64,000 nucleotides of DNA, taken from contig JADFJG010000003.1 of assembly GCA_022566265.1 (NCBI GenBank), positions 7,572 to 71,571 on the forward strand, written 5' to 3'. The notes under the pieces were generated by a model. That model ran no database searches, had not been told where the DNA came from, and saw nothing but the letters and a program-made list of their open reading frames with translations. Of the stretch, positions 9,812-19,834 are shown in pieces; positions within the stretch are counted from its first letter, which is position 1; the number at the start of each line of letters is the position of its first letter. The position numbers and the translations under genes were made by a program. Source of the stretch: Pseudomonadota bacterium. GTDB lineage: Bacteria > Pseudomonadota > Alphaproteobacteria > SMXQ01.

Positions 9812-10943
9812 CCTTGCCCTCCGGGGACTCGAGTGCCCTGATGGAGTCGAGGTAGTCGGGATCGCGCCGCCATTTTTCGAGCAGCGCGGCCGCCGATTCC
9901 AGCTTCATGTTTTCGAAGAACTCGAGCACCGGGGTCAACTCGCGCGGGCTGATGACCTTGTTCTTGGCGTGGGCCTTGCGGGTCAGCATGAACATGGAGG
10001 CGAAATTCGCCTTGTCGATTCCCACCGCCTTGCAGGCGACGGCAAGCGCCTCTCCACCGGGCTCGTAAATTATGCGGCGCACGAGCTTGGGCCTGAGCCC
10101 GGTGAGCTTGGCATACATCGCCTCGAACAGCGGCACCTCGCCCTGGCGCAGGACCTCGACGAGCAACTGGGGCGATATCTCGTCGATCTCCGCCAGGCGA
10201 TCGGCGACCTCGGCGGCTTTCGATTTTTCATCGATCTCGGTGGAGGCCTGGTCGATGAGGTCCTTGGCGGTCGCCTCGAGAGAGAGGTCGAGCTCGGCCG
10301 GATCGATGTCGAAATTGGCGATGATGTCTTGGCGCATCGCCGCCGAGACCCACCAGTACATGCGTTTCACCAGCTCCGGTTCGAGATCGCTTCGGGTCAG
10401 CAGCGGGTTCTGATAGCTGTCCACGCGCTTCGACTGGTCGACAAGATATACCATGGTGATCTTGGAGAGCTTGGCGTCGGGGTTCTCCAGCATGGTCTTG
10501 ATGACGTCCTCTTGACCGGTTTCGACCAGCGCGTCGGTCACGCTCTCGTTCAAGATCTTGCGCATGGCGATCGCCAGCTGGTGTTGCAGCGTGCGGTGGT
10601 GGATGATTTCGATGAGGTCGGAATCGTGCAGCAGTTTGCTATCGCGCAGGATCGGATAGGCGACCTCGATCTTGTCGTTGGCCAGGGTGATGATCAGTTC
10701 CTGCGGCGCGTTCTCGGTCTTCGTCAGCCGCTCCGCCAACTCGCGCCTGACCGACATCTCCATGTCGTGCAGCAGTTGGTGCAGGATGTCGTTCATCAAC
10801 GCCTTTTCGCGGTCGGTCAGCAATTCCTGGGTGTCGAAGAACAGATCGCTGACGGCGTTCACCAGCGACTTGCGCCCGGCGATGGTCTTGTCGCGGGCGA
10901 GTTGGTAAAGCTCTCCGATATCGTTACTCGACCCTGGGGCCAT
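9798..10943 (-). CDS. Conserved hypothetical protein (DUF2336-like), apparently co-transcribed with the PAS kinase
   Basis: 381-aa ORF with coding-like codon bias. Its stop overlaps the kinase start by 14 bp. The family assignment is from memory of DUF2336 proteins in alphaproteobacteria. Confidence 0.6.
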   Translation of the reverse strand: MAPGSSNDIGELYQLARDKTIAGRKSLVNAVSDLFFDTQELLTDREKALMNDILHQLLHDMEMSVRRELAERLTKTENAPQELIITLANDKIEVAYPILRDSKLLHDSDLIEIIHHRTLQHQLAIAMRKILNESVTDALVETGQEDVIKTMLENPDAKLSKITMVYLVDQSKRVDSYQNPLLTRSDLEPELVKRMYWWVSAAMRQDIIANFDIDPAELDLSLEATAKDLIDQASTEIDEKSKAAEVADRLAEIDEISPQLLVEVLRQGEVPLFEAMYAKLTGLRPKLVRRIIYEPGGEALAVACKAVGIDKANFASMFMLTRKAHAKNKVISPRELTPVLEFFENMKLESAAALLEKWRRDPDYLDSIRALESPEGKDDKN

Positions 10944-11174
10944 GGCTGGTTCCGTATCCCGGTCCGTCGCCTGTCTTCACTGGACGTTGCCGCTTGCGCC
11001 GAAGGGGGAGGCGAGGATCACCATTAAACCGACAATTCGTCTAAATTTAGGGCGACTATCCTTAACCAACGGTAAAAAGCGCGAGAATCGGGGCGACTCC
11101 GATGCCTGAATTAAGGCCCTGTTAACAGCGCAAGGGTATTTTGCGGCCATCCGCAACCGAGAGACAAGCGCTCG

Positions 11175-11390
11175 ATGCAAATCACCCCCGCCGTTCAGTT
11201 CATCAACGCCATTTCCAACATACCCGCCCAGGGCGGCGTGCCGCCCCAGGCGCAAGCGCCGGAAGTCGCGAAACAGGCCGAGGCCGCCCGTTCGGCCGCC
11301 GATCGCCCCAACGTCCCCGGGCCGGCGACCTCGAATGCCCCACCGCCGGCCAACGCGCCGCGCGGCAGCTTTATCGACATCACCGTCTAA
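11175..11390 (+). CDS. Small Ala/Pro-rich hypothetical protein (71 aa)
   Basis: Strong GC3 codon bias, but only a weak RBS and no recognisable domain. It lies directly upstream of the NUDIX gene. Confidence 0.35.
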   Translation: MQITPAVQFINAISNIPAQGGVPPQAQAPEVAKQAEAARSAADRPNVPGPATSNAPPPANAPRGSFIDITV

Positions 11391-11487
11391 AACCTCAGAC
11401 TGGCTAAGACATCGACCCGAGACCAGGCATTCAAAGCGATGCCGGCGGTTCTTGTCTTATTTGCCGGTGCGGTCCACATTAACGCCC

Positions 11488-12060
11488 ATGAGCGATACAC
11501 CCAAGCGTGGCCGCAAGTCTCGGGAGGGGCCCAATCGCCCCGGGTCGATGGTACGGAAGATCCCCGCCGGCGACGACCGTTTGCGCCTGGTCTGCCCCGA
11601 CTGCGGTTACATCGTCTATGAAAACCCCAAGGTCGTCGTCGGCTCCGTCGTCACCCTGGACGGCAAGATCCTTTTGTGCAAGCGCGAGATCGGTCCGCGC
11701 CGGGGCTACTGGACCCTGCCGGCCGGGTATCTGGAACTCGATGAAACGACCGAGCACGGGGCGGTAAGGGAAGCCATGGAAGAGGCTTCGGCGCGTATCG
11801 AGATCCTGACATTGCTGGCGGTCTACAACATCCGGCGTATCAGCCAGGTCCAGTTGATCTACCGGGCCAGGCTGTTGTCGCCCGATATCGCGCCGGGGCC
11901 GGAGAGCCAGGAGGTCGAATTGTTCGCCTGGGACGATATCCCGTGGTCCGATATCGCCTTTCCCTCGGTCCATTGGGCGCTCAATCATCACCGCGAGGTC
12001 GGCGACCGGACCGTCTTTACGCCCCGCACCAATCCGCCGGACGAAACCGGAGATTACTAA
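11488..12060 (+). CDS. NUDIX hydrolase with N-terminal zinc-ribbon
   Basis: A CPDCGY zinc-ribbon motif is followed by a Nudix box (GYLELDETTEHGAVREAMEEASA). The start is taken at the internal ATG at 11488. The ORF-track start at 11335 overlaps the preceding ORF. Confidence 0.75.
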   Translation: MSDTPKRGRKSREGPNRPGSMVRKIPAGDDRLRLVCPDCGYIVYENPKVVVGSVVTLDGKILLCKREIGPRRGYWTLPAGYLELDETTEHGAVREAMEEASARIEILTLLAVYNIRRISQVQLIYRARLLSPDIAPGPESQEVELFAWDDIPWSDIAFPSVHWALNHHREVGDRTVFTPRTNPPDETGDY

Positions 12061-12063
12061 GAA

Positions 12064-13008
12064 TCAGCGGGTGAGGCCGAGGAGGGCGCGGGCGAAATCT
12101 TCGGCCTCGAACGGGCTGAGATCGTCGATGCCCTCGCCGACGCCGATGGCGTGAACCGGAATATTGAATCTCTTCGCCAGCGCCACCAGGACGCCGCCCC
12201 TGGCCGACCCGTCGAGCTTGGTGACGATCAGGCCGGTGACGCCGGTGATGTCGCGGAAGACCTCGACCTGGGCGTGGGCGTTCTGTCCCGTCGTGGCGTC
12301 GAGCACCAGCAGGCAACTCTGTGGCGCCGCCGCGTCGAGTTTCTTGAGCACGCGGATGATCTTCTCCAGCTCGGCCATGAGATCGGCCTTGTTCTGCAGC
12401 CTTCCCGCGGTGTCGACGAGCAAGACATCGGTGCCCTCCGCCCGCGCCCGCTTGAAGGCGTCGAAGGCGAGAGCGGCGGCGTCACGGGCGTCGTCGCGGG
12501 CGTAGACCTCGGCGCCGGCGCGCTCTCCCCATAGGCGCAACTGGTTGACCGCCGCCGCCCGGAAGGTGTCGGCCGCCGCCAGCATCACCGATTTTCCTTG
12601 GCCCCTGAACTGGTGCGCGAGCTTGCCGATGGTCGTCGTCTTGCCCGACCCGTTGACGCCGACGACCAGGATCACGTGGGGCTTGGCCAATGGATCGAGG
12701 ATGAGCGGCACCGCCACCGGCGCCAGGATTTCGGCGATGTCCCCGGCCAACGCCGCGCGCACTTCATCGGCGCCCATGTCCCGGTCGAAGCGCTCGCGGG
12801 CGAGACGGGCGGTGAGCGCCGACGCCGTCGCTGGGCCGAGATCGGCGGCGATCAGCAGATCGTCAAGCTTCTCCAAAGTCTCGTCATCGAGCCGGGAGCG
12901 GGTGAAGATATCGGTGATGCCTTGGGCGAGCTTCGATGAGGTACGGCTAAGGCCGGCGCCCAGGCGGTCGAGCCAGCCGCTCTTGGCTTCGCCGGCGTCG
13001 GCATTCAT
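12064..13008 (-). CDS. ftsY: Signal recognition particle receptor FtsY
   Basis: SRP-GTPase motifs: P-loop GVNGSGKTTT and DTAGR. The start is at the ATG at 13008 ([16 protein letters not shown]) and overlaps the mtaB stop by ATGA. Confidence 0.9.
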   Translation of the reverse strand: MNADAGEAKSGWLDRLGAGLSRTSSKLAQGITDIFTRSRLDDETLEKLDDLLIAADLGPATASALTARLARERFDRDMGADEVRAALAGDIAEILAPVAVPLILDPLAKPHVILVVGVNGSGKTTTIGKLAHQFRGQGKSVMLAAADTFRAAAVNQLRLWGERAGAEVYARDDARDAAALAFDAFKRARAEGTDVLLVDTAGRLQNKADLMAELEKIIRVLKKLDAAAPQSCLLVLDATTGQNAHAQVEVFRDITGVTGLIVTKLDGSARGGVLVALAKRFNIPVHAIGVGEGIDDLSPFEAEDFARALLGLTR

Positions 13009-14288
13009 GGCACCTGCCGGGCGATGAGCCGGCCGCCCTTGACCCCGGTGATCACGGCCTTGACGATGCTCCCCATGGCGATTGCGGGATCGAGGCTGAC
13101 CGGCGCGTAATGTTCGCTGCGTCCGGTGCCCGGGCTCTCCACCAGGACTTCGGCGGTGGCGCCGATCCGGCTGATGAGGAAGCGATCGAGCGCGTCTTCG
13201 CCGCAAGCGCGCAAGCGCGCCGCCCGGCGTTTGCGAATCTCGGGCCGGACTTGGGGCATCGCCGCCGCCGGCGTCCCCGGCCGGGCGGAAAACGGGAAGA
13301 CGTGAAGGTAGGTCAGCCCCGAGGCCGCGATCAGGTCATGGGTGTTCTCGAACATCTCCTCGGTCTCGGTCGGGAAACCGGCGATCAGATCGGCGCCGAA
13401 GACGATGCCGGGGCGAAGGGCGCGAACGGCGCGGCAGAAGGCAATGGCCTGGGCGCGGCTGTGCCGGCGCTTCATGCGCTTGAGGATCATGTCGTCGCCC
13501 GACTGCAGGCTGAGATGGAGGTGCGGCATCAGCCGCTCCTCCGTCGCGATCAATTCCAGAAGATCATCGTCCACCTCGGCCGGATCGAGGGAAGATAATC
13601 GCAGGCGCTTGAGTTCCGGCACCGCCGCCAGCAGCCGGCGCGCCATCTGGCCGAGCGTCGGTTGTCCGGGAAGATCGGCGCCGTAGGCGGTGATGTCGAC
13701 GCCGCTGAGCACGACCTCCCGGTAGCCGCGCTGAACGAGCTTGCGCGTCTGGGCGACAACCTCGCCCATGGGGACGGAGCGTGAATTGCCCCGGCCGAAG
13801 GGGATGATGCAAAATGTGCAGCGGTGATCGCAGCCCTGCTGAACCTGGACGAAGGCGCGGGCGCGGCCCTCGAAGCCCTCGATCAGGTGACCGGCGGTCT
13901 CGCTGACCGAGGAGATGTCGTTGACCCGGACCCTGGGCCCGTCGTTCGGCAGGAAGCTCTCGGGCCTGAGCTTTTCTTCGTTGCCGAGGACTTGGTCGAC
14001 CTCCGCCATGGCGGCGAACTTGGCGGGGTCGATCTGGGCGGCGCAGCCGGTGACGATGATGCGCGCCGTCGGCCTCTCGCGCCGGGCCTTGCGGATCGCC
14101 TTGCGGGCCTGGCGCTCGGCCTCCGCGGTGACGGCGCAGGTGTTGACGATGATGGTGTCGGTGAGCCCGGCGTTCTTCGCATGGGCGCGGATGACTTCGG
14201 ACTCATAGGCGTTCAGGCGGCAGCCGAAGGTGATCAGCGTCGGCTCGGAGGCGCGCGCGCGCGCTTTGCGTGCCTCGAAGCCGCTCAT
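13005..14288 (-). CDS. mtaB: MiaB-like radical-SAM tRNA methylthiotransferase (MtaB/RimO family)
   Basis: N-terminal MTTase domain ([14 protein letters not shown]) and radical-SAM cluster motif CDHRCTFC. Start at 14288 (MSGFEARK). The ORF-track N-terminal extension to 15170 is the antisense-frame overlap of dapF. Confidence 0.8.
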   Translation of the reverse strand: MSGFEARKARARASEPTLITFGCRLNAYESEVIRAHAKNAGLTDTIIVNTCAVTAEAERQARKAIRKARRERPTARIIVTGCAAQIDPAKFAAMAEVDQVLGNEEKLRPESFLPNDGPRVRVNDISSVSETAGHLIEGFEGRARAFVQVQQGCDHRCTFCIIPFGRGNSRSVPMGEVVAQTRKLVQRGYREVVLSGVDITAYGADLPGQPTLGQMARRLLAAVPELKRLRLSSLDPAEVDDDLLELIATEERLMPHLHLSLQSGDDMILKRMKRRHSRAQAIAFCRAVRALRPGIVFGADLIAGFPTETEEMFENTHDLIAASGLTYLHVFPFSARPGTPAAAMPQVRPEIRKRRAARLRACGEDALDRFLISRIGATAEVLVESPGTGRSEHYAPVSLDPAIAMGSIVKAVITGVKGGRLIARQVP

Positions 14289-15133
14289 CGCGCCGGCTCC
14301 GCCGATAGCAGCGATGGATCCAGCGTGGCGGTGAAACTGACGGCGACGGGCCCGGTCATCAGCACGTGGCCGTCGGCTTCGCGCCATTCGATCGTCAGCG
14401 ACCCGCCGTCGAGTATCGTCCTCGCCTGGCGCCCGATGAGCCCCCGCCGGTGCCCGGACACCACCGCCGCCGAGGCGCCGGTGCCGCACGCCCTGGTGAT
14501 GCCGGCGCCCCGTTCCCAGACGCGGAGCCTGATCTCGCCGGGTCCGATCACCTGGGCGATGCCGATATTGGCGCGCTCCGGGAACATCTTGTGATGCTCG
14601 AGCGCCGGCCCCAGCGCCTCGAGGTCGACCGCTTCGGCGTCGTCGACGAAGAAGGTGACGTGGGGATTGCCCATGGAGCACGCCGCCGGGTCCCTCAACG
14701 GCCCCAACTGGAGCGGCAGATGCAGGGTATCGGCGGCCTCGCGCAAGGGGATGTCCCGCCATTCGAAGCGCGCCGGCCCGAGATCGAGCATGACGCCGTC
14801 GTCGCGGCGTTGCGCCGCAAGCACCCCGGCCTCGGTCTCGATCGCCGCCCGGTCCTCGCCGCTTTCCTTCATCAACAGCGCCGCGACGCAACGCGCGGCG
14901 TTGCCGCAGGCCGCGCTGACGCCGCCGTCGGCGTTGCGGATGCGCATGAAAGCCCCGGCGCCGTTGGCCTTCGCGGGTTCGAGCACGATCAGTTGATCGC
15001 ACCCCACCCCGGTGCGCCGGTCGGCGATGGCGCGGGCATCTTCGGCGGTGATCGCCACCGGCGCGCCTCGTGCGTCGATGACGACGAAATCGTTGCCGAG
15101 GCCGTGCATCTTGATGAAAGAAATCCCGCTCAT
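14285..15133 (-). CDS. dapF: Diaminopimelate epimerase
   Basis: N-terminus [12 protein letters not shown] and catalytic Cys motifs (GNAARC and ACGTGASA). Overlaps the mtaB start by ATGA. Confidence 0.9.
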   Translation of the reverse strand: MSGISFIKMHGLGNDFVVIDARGAPVAITAEDARAIADRRTGVGCDQLIVLEPAKANGAGAFMRIRNADGGVSAACGNAARCVAALLMKESGEDRAAIETEAGVLAAQRRDDGVMLDLGPARFEWRDIPLREAADTLHLPLQLGPLRDPAACSMGNPHVTFFVDDAEAVDLEALGPALEHHKMFPERANIGIAQVIGPGEIRLRVWERGAGITRACGTGASAAVVSGHRRGLIGRQARTILDGGSLTIEWREADGHVLMTGPVAVSFTATLDPSLLSAEPAR

Positions 15134-15195
15134 ACCGGGCCTTATATGGCGTCAGGCGCCAAATACGCAAACGGATTCAGTCGGCCTGGCGTATC

Positions 15196-15621
15196 TCAGG
15201 CCGCCAGCACGGAGGCGTGGCCGGCGGCGCCATAGGCGAGGATACGCTCGTCCCGGGTCACCAACGTCGCGTCCCCGACCCTCGCGGTCGCCACGATCAG
15301 GCGGTCCGCAAGATCGTTGTGGAACGTGCCCGGCAGTTGGCAGCTCTCGACGGCGATCTCCGGGGTCAGCGGCGCCAGGGCGAGGCCGGGCGCGGAAAGT
15401 GCCTCCTTCACCCACTGCGCGCAAGGCTTCGCCAGCACGATCCGGCCCTTGGCCTCGATCATCGCCACCTCCCAGACCGAGATCGCGGCGACCAGAACCG
15501 AACCGGCCGCCGCCGCGCGTTCGATGGCGGCCAAGGCGTCGGCCCCGAGCTCGGGATCGCCGTTCACCAGCCAGATCCATACATAGGTGTCGAGGAGCAG
15601 CCCCCGGACCGAGTTATTCAT
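15196..15621 (-). CDS. vapC: PIN-domain toxin (VapC-like)
   Basis: 141-aa PIN-like protein (LLLDTYVWIW..., acidic residues, C-terminal TRD). Overlaps the upstream antitoxin gene by 8 bp. Confidence 0.7.
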   Translation of the reverse strand: MNNSVRGLLLDTYVWIWLVNGDPELGADALAAIERAAAAGSVLVAAISVWEVAMIEAKGRIVLAKPCAQWVKEALSAPGLALAPLTPEIAVESCQLPGTFHNDLADRLIVATARVGDATLVTRDERILAYGAAGHASVLAA

Positions 15622-15853
15622 CGGCCTCCCAGGTGACGCCGAGCGGCTCGATGATGTCGCCTTTGACGATCACCGAGCCCTTGAGAAAACCGAACAATGC
15701 GGGCGGCTCGTCATCCGCCGGCACCAGCCTGGCGACCGGTTTCCCCCTCTTGGTGATGGTGACCGACGTTCGCCGCGAACGAACCTCGTCCATCAATTTC
15801 AGGCAGCGCGCCTTGAATTCGCCCGCCGGAATCCGTCGCTCCGTGGGTTTCAT
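15614..15853 (-). CDS. Phd/YefM-family antitoxin
   Basis: 79-aa protein with a Phd/YefM-like fold signature (TITKRGKPVARLVP). Directly upstream of, and overlapping, the PIN toxin. Confidence 0.65.
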   Translation of the reverse strand: MKPTERRIPAGEFKARCLKLMDEVRSRRTSVTITKRGKPVARLVPADDEPPALFGFLKGSVIVKGDIIEPLGVTWEADE

Positions 15854-15854
15854 G

Positions 15855-15890
15855 TTATCACCATGGTCATAAGACTATGGTCATTATACT
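15855..15890 (-). promoter_or_regulatory. Putative operator/promoter of the VapBC module (direct ATGGTCAT repeats overlapping a TATAAT -10)
   Basis: ATGGTCAT occurs at 15863-15870 and again at 15877-15884. The minus strand reads TATAAT about 30 nt upstream of the antitoxin ATG. Confidence 0.35.
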
Positions 15891-15966
15891 TCCAGAACGG
15901 CCGAATTGGCAAGCTTTGCAGCCGGCTTTTCCCGCTTGGTCGCCGCCGCCAAAGGCCCCGGTGCCC

Positions 15967-15996
15967 TTGACACTGCCACCCCGCCGCGCCTACATT
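15967..15996 (+). promoter_or_regulatory. Sigma70-like promoter candidate for ffh
   Basis: TTGACA (15967-15972), an 18-nt spacer, then TACATT (15991-15996), about 125 nt upstream of the ffh ATG. Confidence 0.3.
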
Positions 15997-16121
15997 CCGC
16001 CCGCCCAACAACATACGGCACCTTTGCCTTCCCCGAGGCCGGTTTGGCGTGATCGAAGGGGAGGGCCGCCAGTCCGCGAGTTTCGCGCGCTGGCGCCATC
16101 GGTGTTGAGCGGTATGGAACC

Positions 16122-17471
16122 ATGTTCGACAGTTTGAGCGACCGGCTTGGCGAGGTGTTCACGCGCCTGGGGAGGCGCGGGGCGCTGAGGGAAAGCGACG
16201 TGACGGCGGCGCTGCGCGAGGTCCGCGTCGCGCTTCTCGAGGCCGACGTGGCGTTGCCGGTGGTCGAGGACTTCATCGAAGCCGTCGGCCAAAGGGCGGT
16301 GGGCGAGGAGGTCTTGCGCTCCGTCACGCCGGCCCAGATGGTCGTCAAGATCGTCAAAGACCAGCTGACCGAGGCGCTTGGCGCCGAGGCGTCGGCGCTC
16401 GATCTCGCCGTCACCCCGCCGGCGGCGATCCTCATGGTCGGCCTGCAGGGCTCGGGCAAGACGACGACGACGGCGAAGCTCGGTCTCTGGCTCACCAACA
16501 GGGAGAAGAAGAAGGTGCTGTTGGTGTCCACCGACACCCAGCGCCCGGCCGCCCAGGAACAGCTTCAAGTGCTGGCGGACCAGGCGGGGCTGAGGTTTAT
16601 GTCCGTCATCGCCGGCGAGACGCCGCGCCAGATCGCCAGGCGCTGTATGGTGACCGCCAGGCTCGAGGGTTTCGACGTGGTTATCGTCGACACCGCCGGG
16701 CGTCTTCATGTCGATGAGGCGCTGATGGACGAGGCCGCGCAGTTGCGCGACATCGTGAACCCGGCCGAGACCCTGCTCGTCGCCGACGCCATGATCGGCC
16801 AGGACGCGGTCAACGTCGCCAAGCGGTTCGATGAACGCGTCAAGCTGACCGGCATCATCCTCACCCGCGTCGATGGCGATGCGCGCGGCGGCGCGGCGCT
16901 CAGCGCGCGCGCCGTCACCGGCTGTCCGATCAAGCTGATCGGCGTCGGCGAGGGGCTGGACGCGCTCGAGGAGTTCCATCCCGACCGCATCGCCTCGCGC
17001 ATCCTCGGCATGGGCGACGTGGTGACGCTGGTCGAGAAGGCGGCCGAGAGCATCGAGGTGGAAGAGGCCGAGAGGCTCGCCGCCAGGATGAGGAAAGGCG
17101 CCTTCGATTTCAACGACATGCGCGCACAATTGCGCCAGCTCGGCAAGATGGGCGGCATCGAGTCCATGTTGGGGATGCTGCCCGGCGCCGGACGGATGAA
17201 GGCGCAACTGGCCGGGCAGAAGGTCGATGAGCGCATCCTCGTCACCCAGGGCGCCATCATCGATTCCATGACCGTGGCCGAGCGGCGAAACGCCAAACTC
17301 TTGAACGCGTCGCGCAAACGCCGCATCGCCCAGGGCTCGGGCACCAGCGTTCAGGAAATCAACCGGCTGATCAAGCAGTACAAGGACACCAACCGGATGA
17401 TGAAGAAGATCTCCAAGTTGGGTAAGAAGGGCCTGATGCGCCACCCCATGGCCGGCCTCTTGCCCCACTGA
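16122..17471 (+). CDS. ffh: Signal recognition particle protein Ffh
   Basis: 449 aa with SRP54 N/G domain motifs (GLQGSGKTTT, DTAGR) and a Met-rich M-domain at the C-terminus. Confidence 0.95.
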   Translation: MFDSLSDRLGEVFTRLGRRGALRESDVTAALREVRVALLEADVALPVVEDFIEAVGQRAVGEEVLRSVTPAQMVVKIVKDQLTEALGAEASALDLAVTPPAAILMVGLQGSGKTTTTAKLGLWLTNREKKKVLLVSTDTQRPAAQEQLQVLADQAGLRFMSVIAGETPRQIARRCMVTARLEGFDVVIVDTAGRLHVDEALMDEAAQLRDIVNPAETLLVADAMIGQDAVNVAKRFDERVKLTGIILTRVDGDARGGAALSARAVTGCPIKLIGVGEGLDALEEFHPDRIASRILGMGDVVTLVEKAAESIEVEEAERLAARMRKGAFDFNDMRAQLRQLGKMGGIESMLGMLPGAGRMKAQLAGQKVDERILVTQGAIIDSMTVAERRNAKLLNASRKRRIAQGSGTSVQEINRLIKQYKDTNRMMKKISKLGKKGLMRHPMAGLLPH

Positions 17472-17541
17472 TATACCGCTATAGGGAACGACCCGTCACC
17501 ACCCGAATATCGCCATTGGAAAACAGGAGAAGCACACCGAT

Positions 17542-18432
17542 ATGTCATTGAGAATCAGATTGTCCCGGGGCGGCGCCAAGAAGCGCCCGTTCTACCGCAT
17601 CGTTCTGGCGGACTCGCGCTCCCCGCGGGACGGCCGCTTCATCGAGAGACTCGGCACCTTCGACCCGATGGTGGCCAAGGACCACCCCAAGCGCCTGGTG
17701 CTCAAGGAAGAGCGCATCAAGTACTGGCTGTCGCGGGGCGCCAAGCCCAGCGACCGGCTGGCCCGGTTCCTCGGCGCGGCGGAGATCATCCCGATGCCGC
17801 CGATCCCGGACAACCCGATCAAGAGCCGGCCCAAGGCCAAGGCCCAGGAGCGCATGAAGGAGGCGGAAGAGGCGAAGAAGGCGGCGGCGGAGGCGCCGCC
17901 ACCCGAGGAAGCCCCGGCGGAGGAAGCGGCCAAGGAAGAAGCTCCGGCGGAAGAGGCGCCGGCGGAAGAGACCCCGGCCGAGGAAGCGGCCAAGGAAGAC
18001 GCCGCGCCCGAGGAGGCTGCGGCGGCGGAAGAGACCCCGGCCGAGGAAGCGGCCAAGGACGAAGCACCGGCGGAAGAGGCGCCCGCGGAAGCAGCCCCGG
18101 CGGAGGAAGCGGCCAAGGAAGACGCCGCGCCCGAGGAGGCTGCGGCGGCGGAAGAGACCCCGGCCGAGGAAGCCGCCAAGGAAGAGACCCCGGCCGAGGA
18201 AGCCGCCAAGGAAGAGGCCCCGGCCGAGGAAGCCGCCAAGGAAGAGGCCCCGGCCGAGGAAGCGGTGAAGGAAGAGGCCGCGCCCGAGGAAACGGCCGCC
18301 GGAGAAGCCCCGGCCGAGGAAGCGGTGAAGGAAGAAGCCGCGCCCGAGGAAACGGCGGCCGAGGAGAAGGCGCCGGACAAGAAGAAACCCGCCGCCAAGG
18401 AAGCGGCCGAGGGCGAGGAGAAGGAGACTTAG
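17542..18432 (+). CDS. rpsP: 30S ribosomal protein S16 with ~215-aa acidic repetitive C-terminal extension
   Basis: The N-terminal 80 aa ([42 protein letters not shown]) is canonical S16. It is followed by tandem [10 protein letters not shown]-type repeats. Confidence 0.85.
   Translation: MSLRIRLSRGGAKKRPFYRIVLADSRSPRDGRFIERLGTFDPMVAKDHPKRLVLKEERIKYWLSRGAKPSDRLARFLGAAEIIPMPPIPDNPIKSRPKAKAQERMKEAEEAKKAAAEAPPPEEAPAEEAAKEEAPAEEAPAEETPAEEAAKEDAAPEEAAAAEETPAEEAAKDEAPAEEAPAEAAPAEEAAKEDAAPEEAAAAEETPAEEAAKEETPAEEAAKEEAPAEEAAKEEAPAEEAVKEEAAPEETAAGEAPAEEAVKEEAAPEETAAEEKAPDKKKPAAKEAAEGEEKET
17880..18400 (+). repeat. In-frame tandem repeat array (33-bp / 11-aa unit, imperfect, more than 10 copies) inside rpsP
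   Basis: Repeated GAAGAGGCCCCGGCCGAGGAAGCCGCCAAGGAA-like units encode (E)[10 protein letters not shown]. Larger ~120-bp duplications are nested in the array. Confidence 0.85.
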
Positions 18433-18441
18433 GAGATCTCG

Positions 18442-19083
18442 ATGGGAAACGCCATGATGGCCCGCAAAGCGAACACGCCCGCCAAGCCTTCCGCCTCCCC
18501 CCGGGTCTGCCTCGGTGTGATCACCAAGGCCCACGGGACCAGGGGCGAGGTGCGCATCCGGAGCTACACCGAGGACGCCCGAGCGGTGGCGGCCTACGGC
18601 CCGGTGACGGATGAGGCCGGAGGCCGGTCGATGACGGTCAAAATATTGGACGCATCGAACGGCGGGGTGATCGCCCGGATCGAGGGGGTGGAGGACCGCA
18701 CCCAGGCGACGGCGCTGAAGGGGACGAAGCTCTACGTGCCGCGCTCGGCCCTACCTGACCCTGGAGACGACGAGTTCTACCATTGCGACCTCATCGGGCT
18801 TCGGGCCGAACTCGTCGGCGGCGGCGCATTGGGGACGGTGATCGCGGTTCACAATTACGGCGCCGGTGACGTCATCGAAATCACCAGGCCCGGCAGGAAG
18901 GCCCCGGTGCTTTTGCCTTTCACCCACGCCGTCGTGCCGGTGGTCGATACAGAGGCGGGCTGGATCAAGGTCGACCTGCCCCAAGGTGTCCTCGGCGCGC
19001 GTGACGGGGATGACATGGATGTGCCGGTGCCGGCCAGCGGCGAGATCAAAACCGCCCGGCGCGCCAAGGGAGAGAGGAATTGA
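18442..19083 (+). CDS. rimM: 16S rRNA processing protein RimM
   Basis: HGTRGEVRI motif and conserved position between rpsP and trmD. The start may be one of the downstream ATGs (MMARK). Confidence 0.85.
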   Translation: MGNAMMARKANTPAKPSASPRVCLGVITKAHGTRGEVRIRSYTEDARAVAAYGPVTDEAGGRSMTVKILDASNGGVIARIEGVEDRTQATALKGTKLYVPRSALPDPGDDEFYHCDLIGLRAELVGGGALGTVIAVHNYGAGDVIEITRPGRKAPVLLPFTHAVVPVVDTEAGWIKVDLPQGVLGARDGDDMDVPVPASGEIKTARRAKGERN

Positions 19084-19796
19084 GCGCCAAGGCCGAAAAG
19101 CCGGTCTGGACCGCCAGGGTCCTGACCCTGTTCCCGGAGATGTTCCCGGGGCCGCTCGACCATTCGATCGCCGGCAAGGCGCTGGAAGACGGCGTCTGGG
19201 CACTGGAGACGGTCGATTTGCGTGACTTTGCCGGTGACAAGCACCGCACGGTCGACGATGCCCCCTTCGGCGGCGGCCCGTCCATGGTGCTGCGCCCCGA
19301 CGTCGTCGACGCGGCGCTTCGGGCCACCAACGGGACTCGTGGGCCGATGATCTACCTCAGCCCCAAGGGCCGGCTGCTCGACCAGGCGAGGGTGCGCGAG
19401 ATCGCCCAGGCGCCCGCCGTCACCCTGCTATGCGGGCGCTATGAGGGTGTCGATGAACGGGTGATCGAGGCGCGGGGGCTCGAGGAAGTCAGCCTCGGCG
19501 ACTTCGTGCTGTCCGGCGGCGAGCCGGCGGCGATCGCGCTGATCGACGCCTGCGTCAGGCTGCTGCCCGGCGTCCTCGGCAACGCCCTGTCCCTGGTCGA
19601 GGAAAGCTTCGAGCGCGGCCTGCTCGAATACCCCCATTACACCCGGCCCCAGGACTGGCGGGGCCGGAAGGTGCCGGAAACGCTGCTTTCCGGTCATCAC
19701 GAGAAGATCCGCGCCTGGCGTCTCGCCGAAGCGGAGAAGATCACGCGTGAACGACGCCCGGATTTGTGGGCGCGCTATACCACCGGGAATCGTTAA
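19080..19796 (+). CDS. trmD: tRNA (guanine37-N1)-methyltransferase TrmD
   Basis: TrmD motifs ([24 protein letters not shown] and YEGVDERV). TTG start overlapping the rimM stop. Confidence 0.9.
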   Translation: MSAKAEKPVWTARVLTLFPEMFPGPLDHSIAGKALEDGVWALETVDLRDFAGDKHRTVDDAPFGGGPSMVLRPDVVDAALRATNGTRGPMIYLSPKGRLLDQARVREIAQAPAVTLLCGRYEGVDERVIEARGLEEVSLGDFVLSGGEPAAIALIDACVRLLPGVLGNALSLVEESFERGLLEYPHYTRPQDWRGRKVPETLLSGHHEKIRAWRLAEAEKITRERRPDLWARYTTGNR

Positions 19797-19834
19797 CCGC
19801 CCACCACGATGGGCCTCAATCGAAGGTAAGTGCC

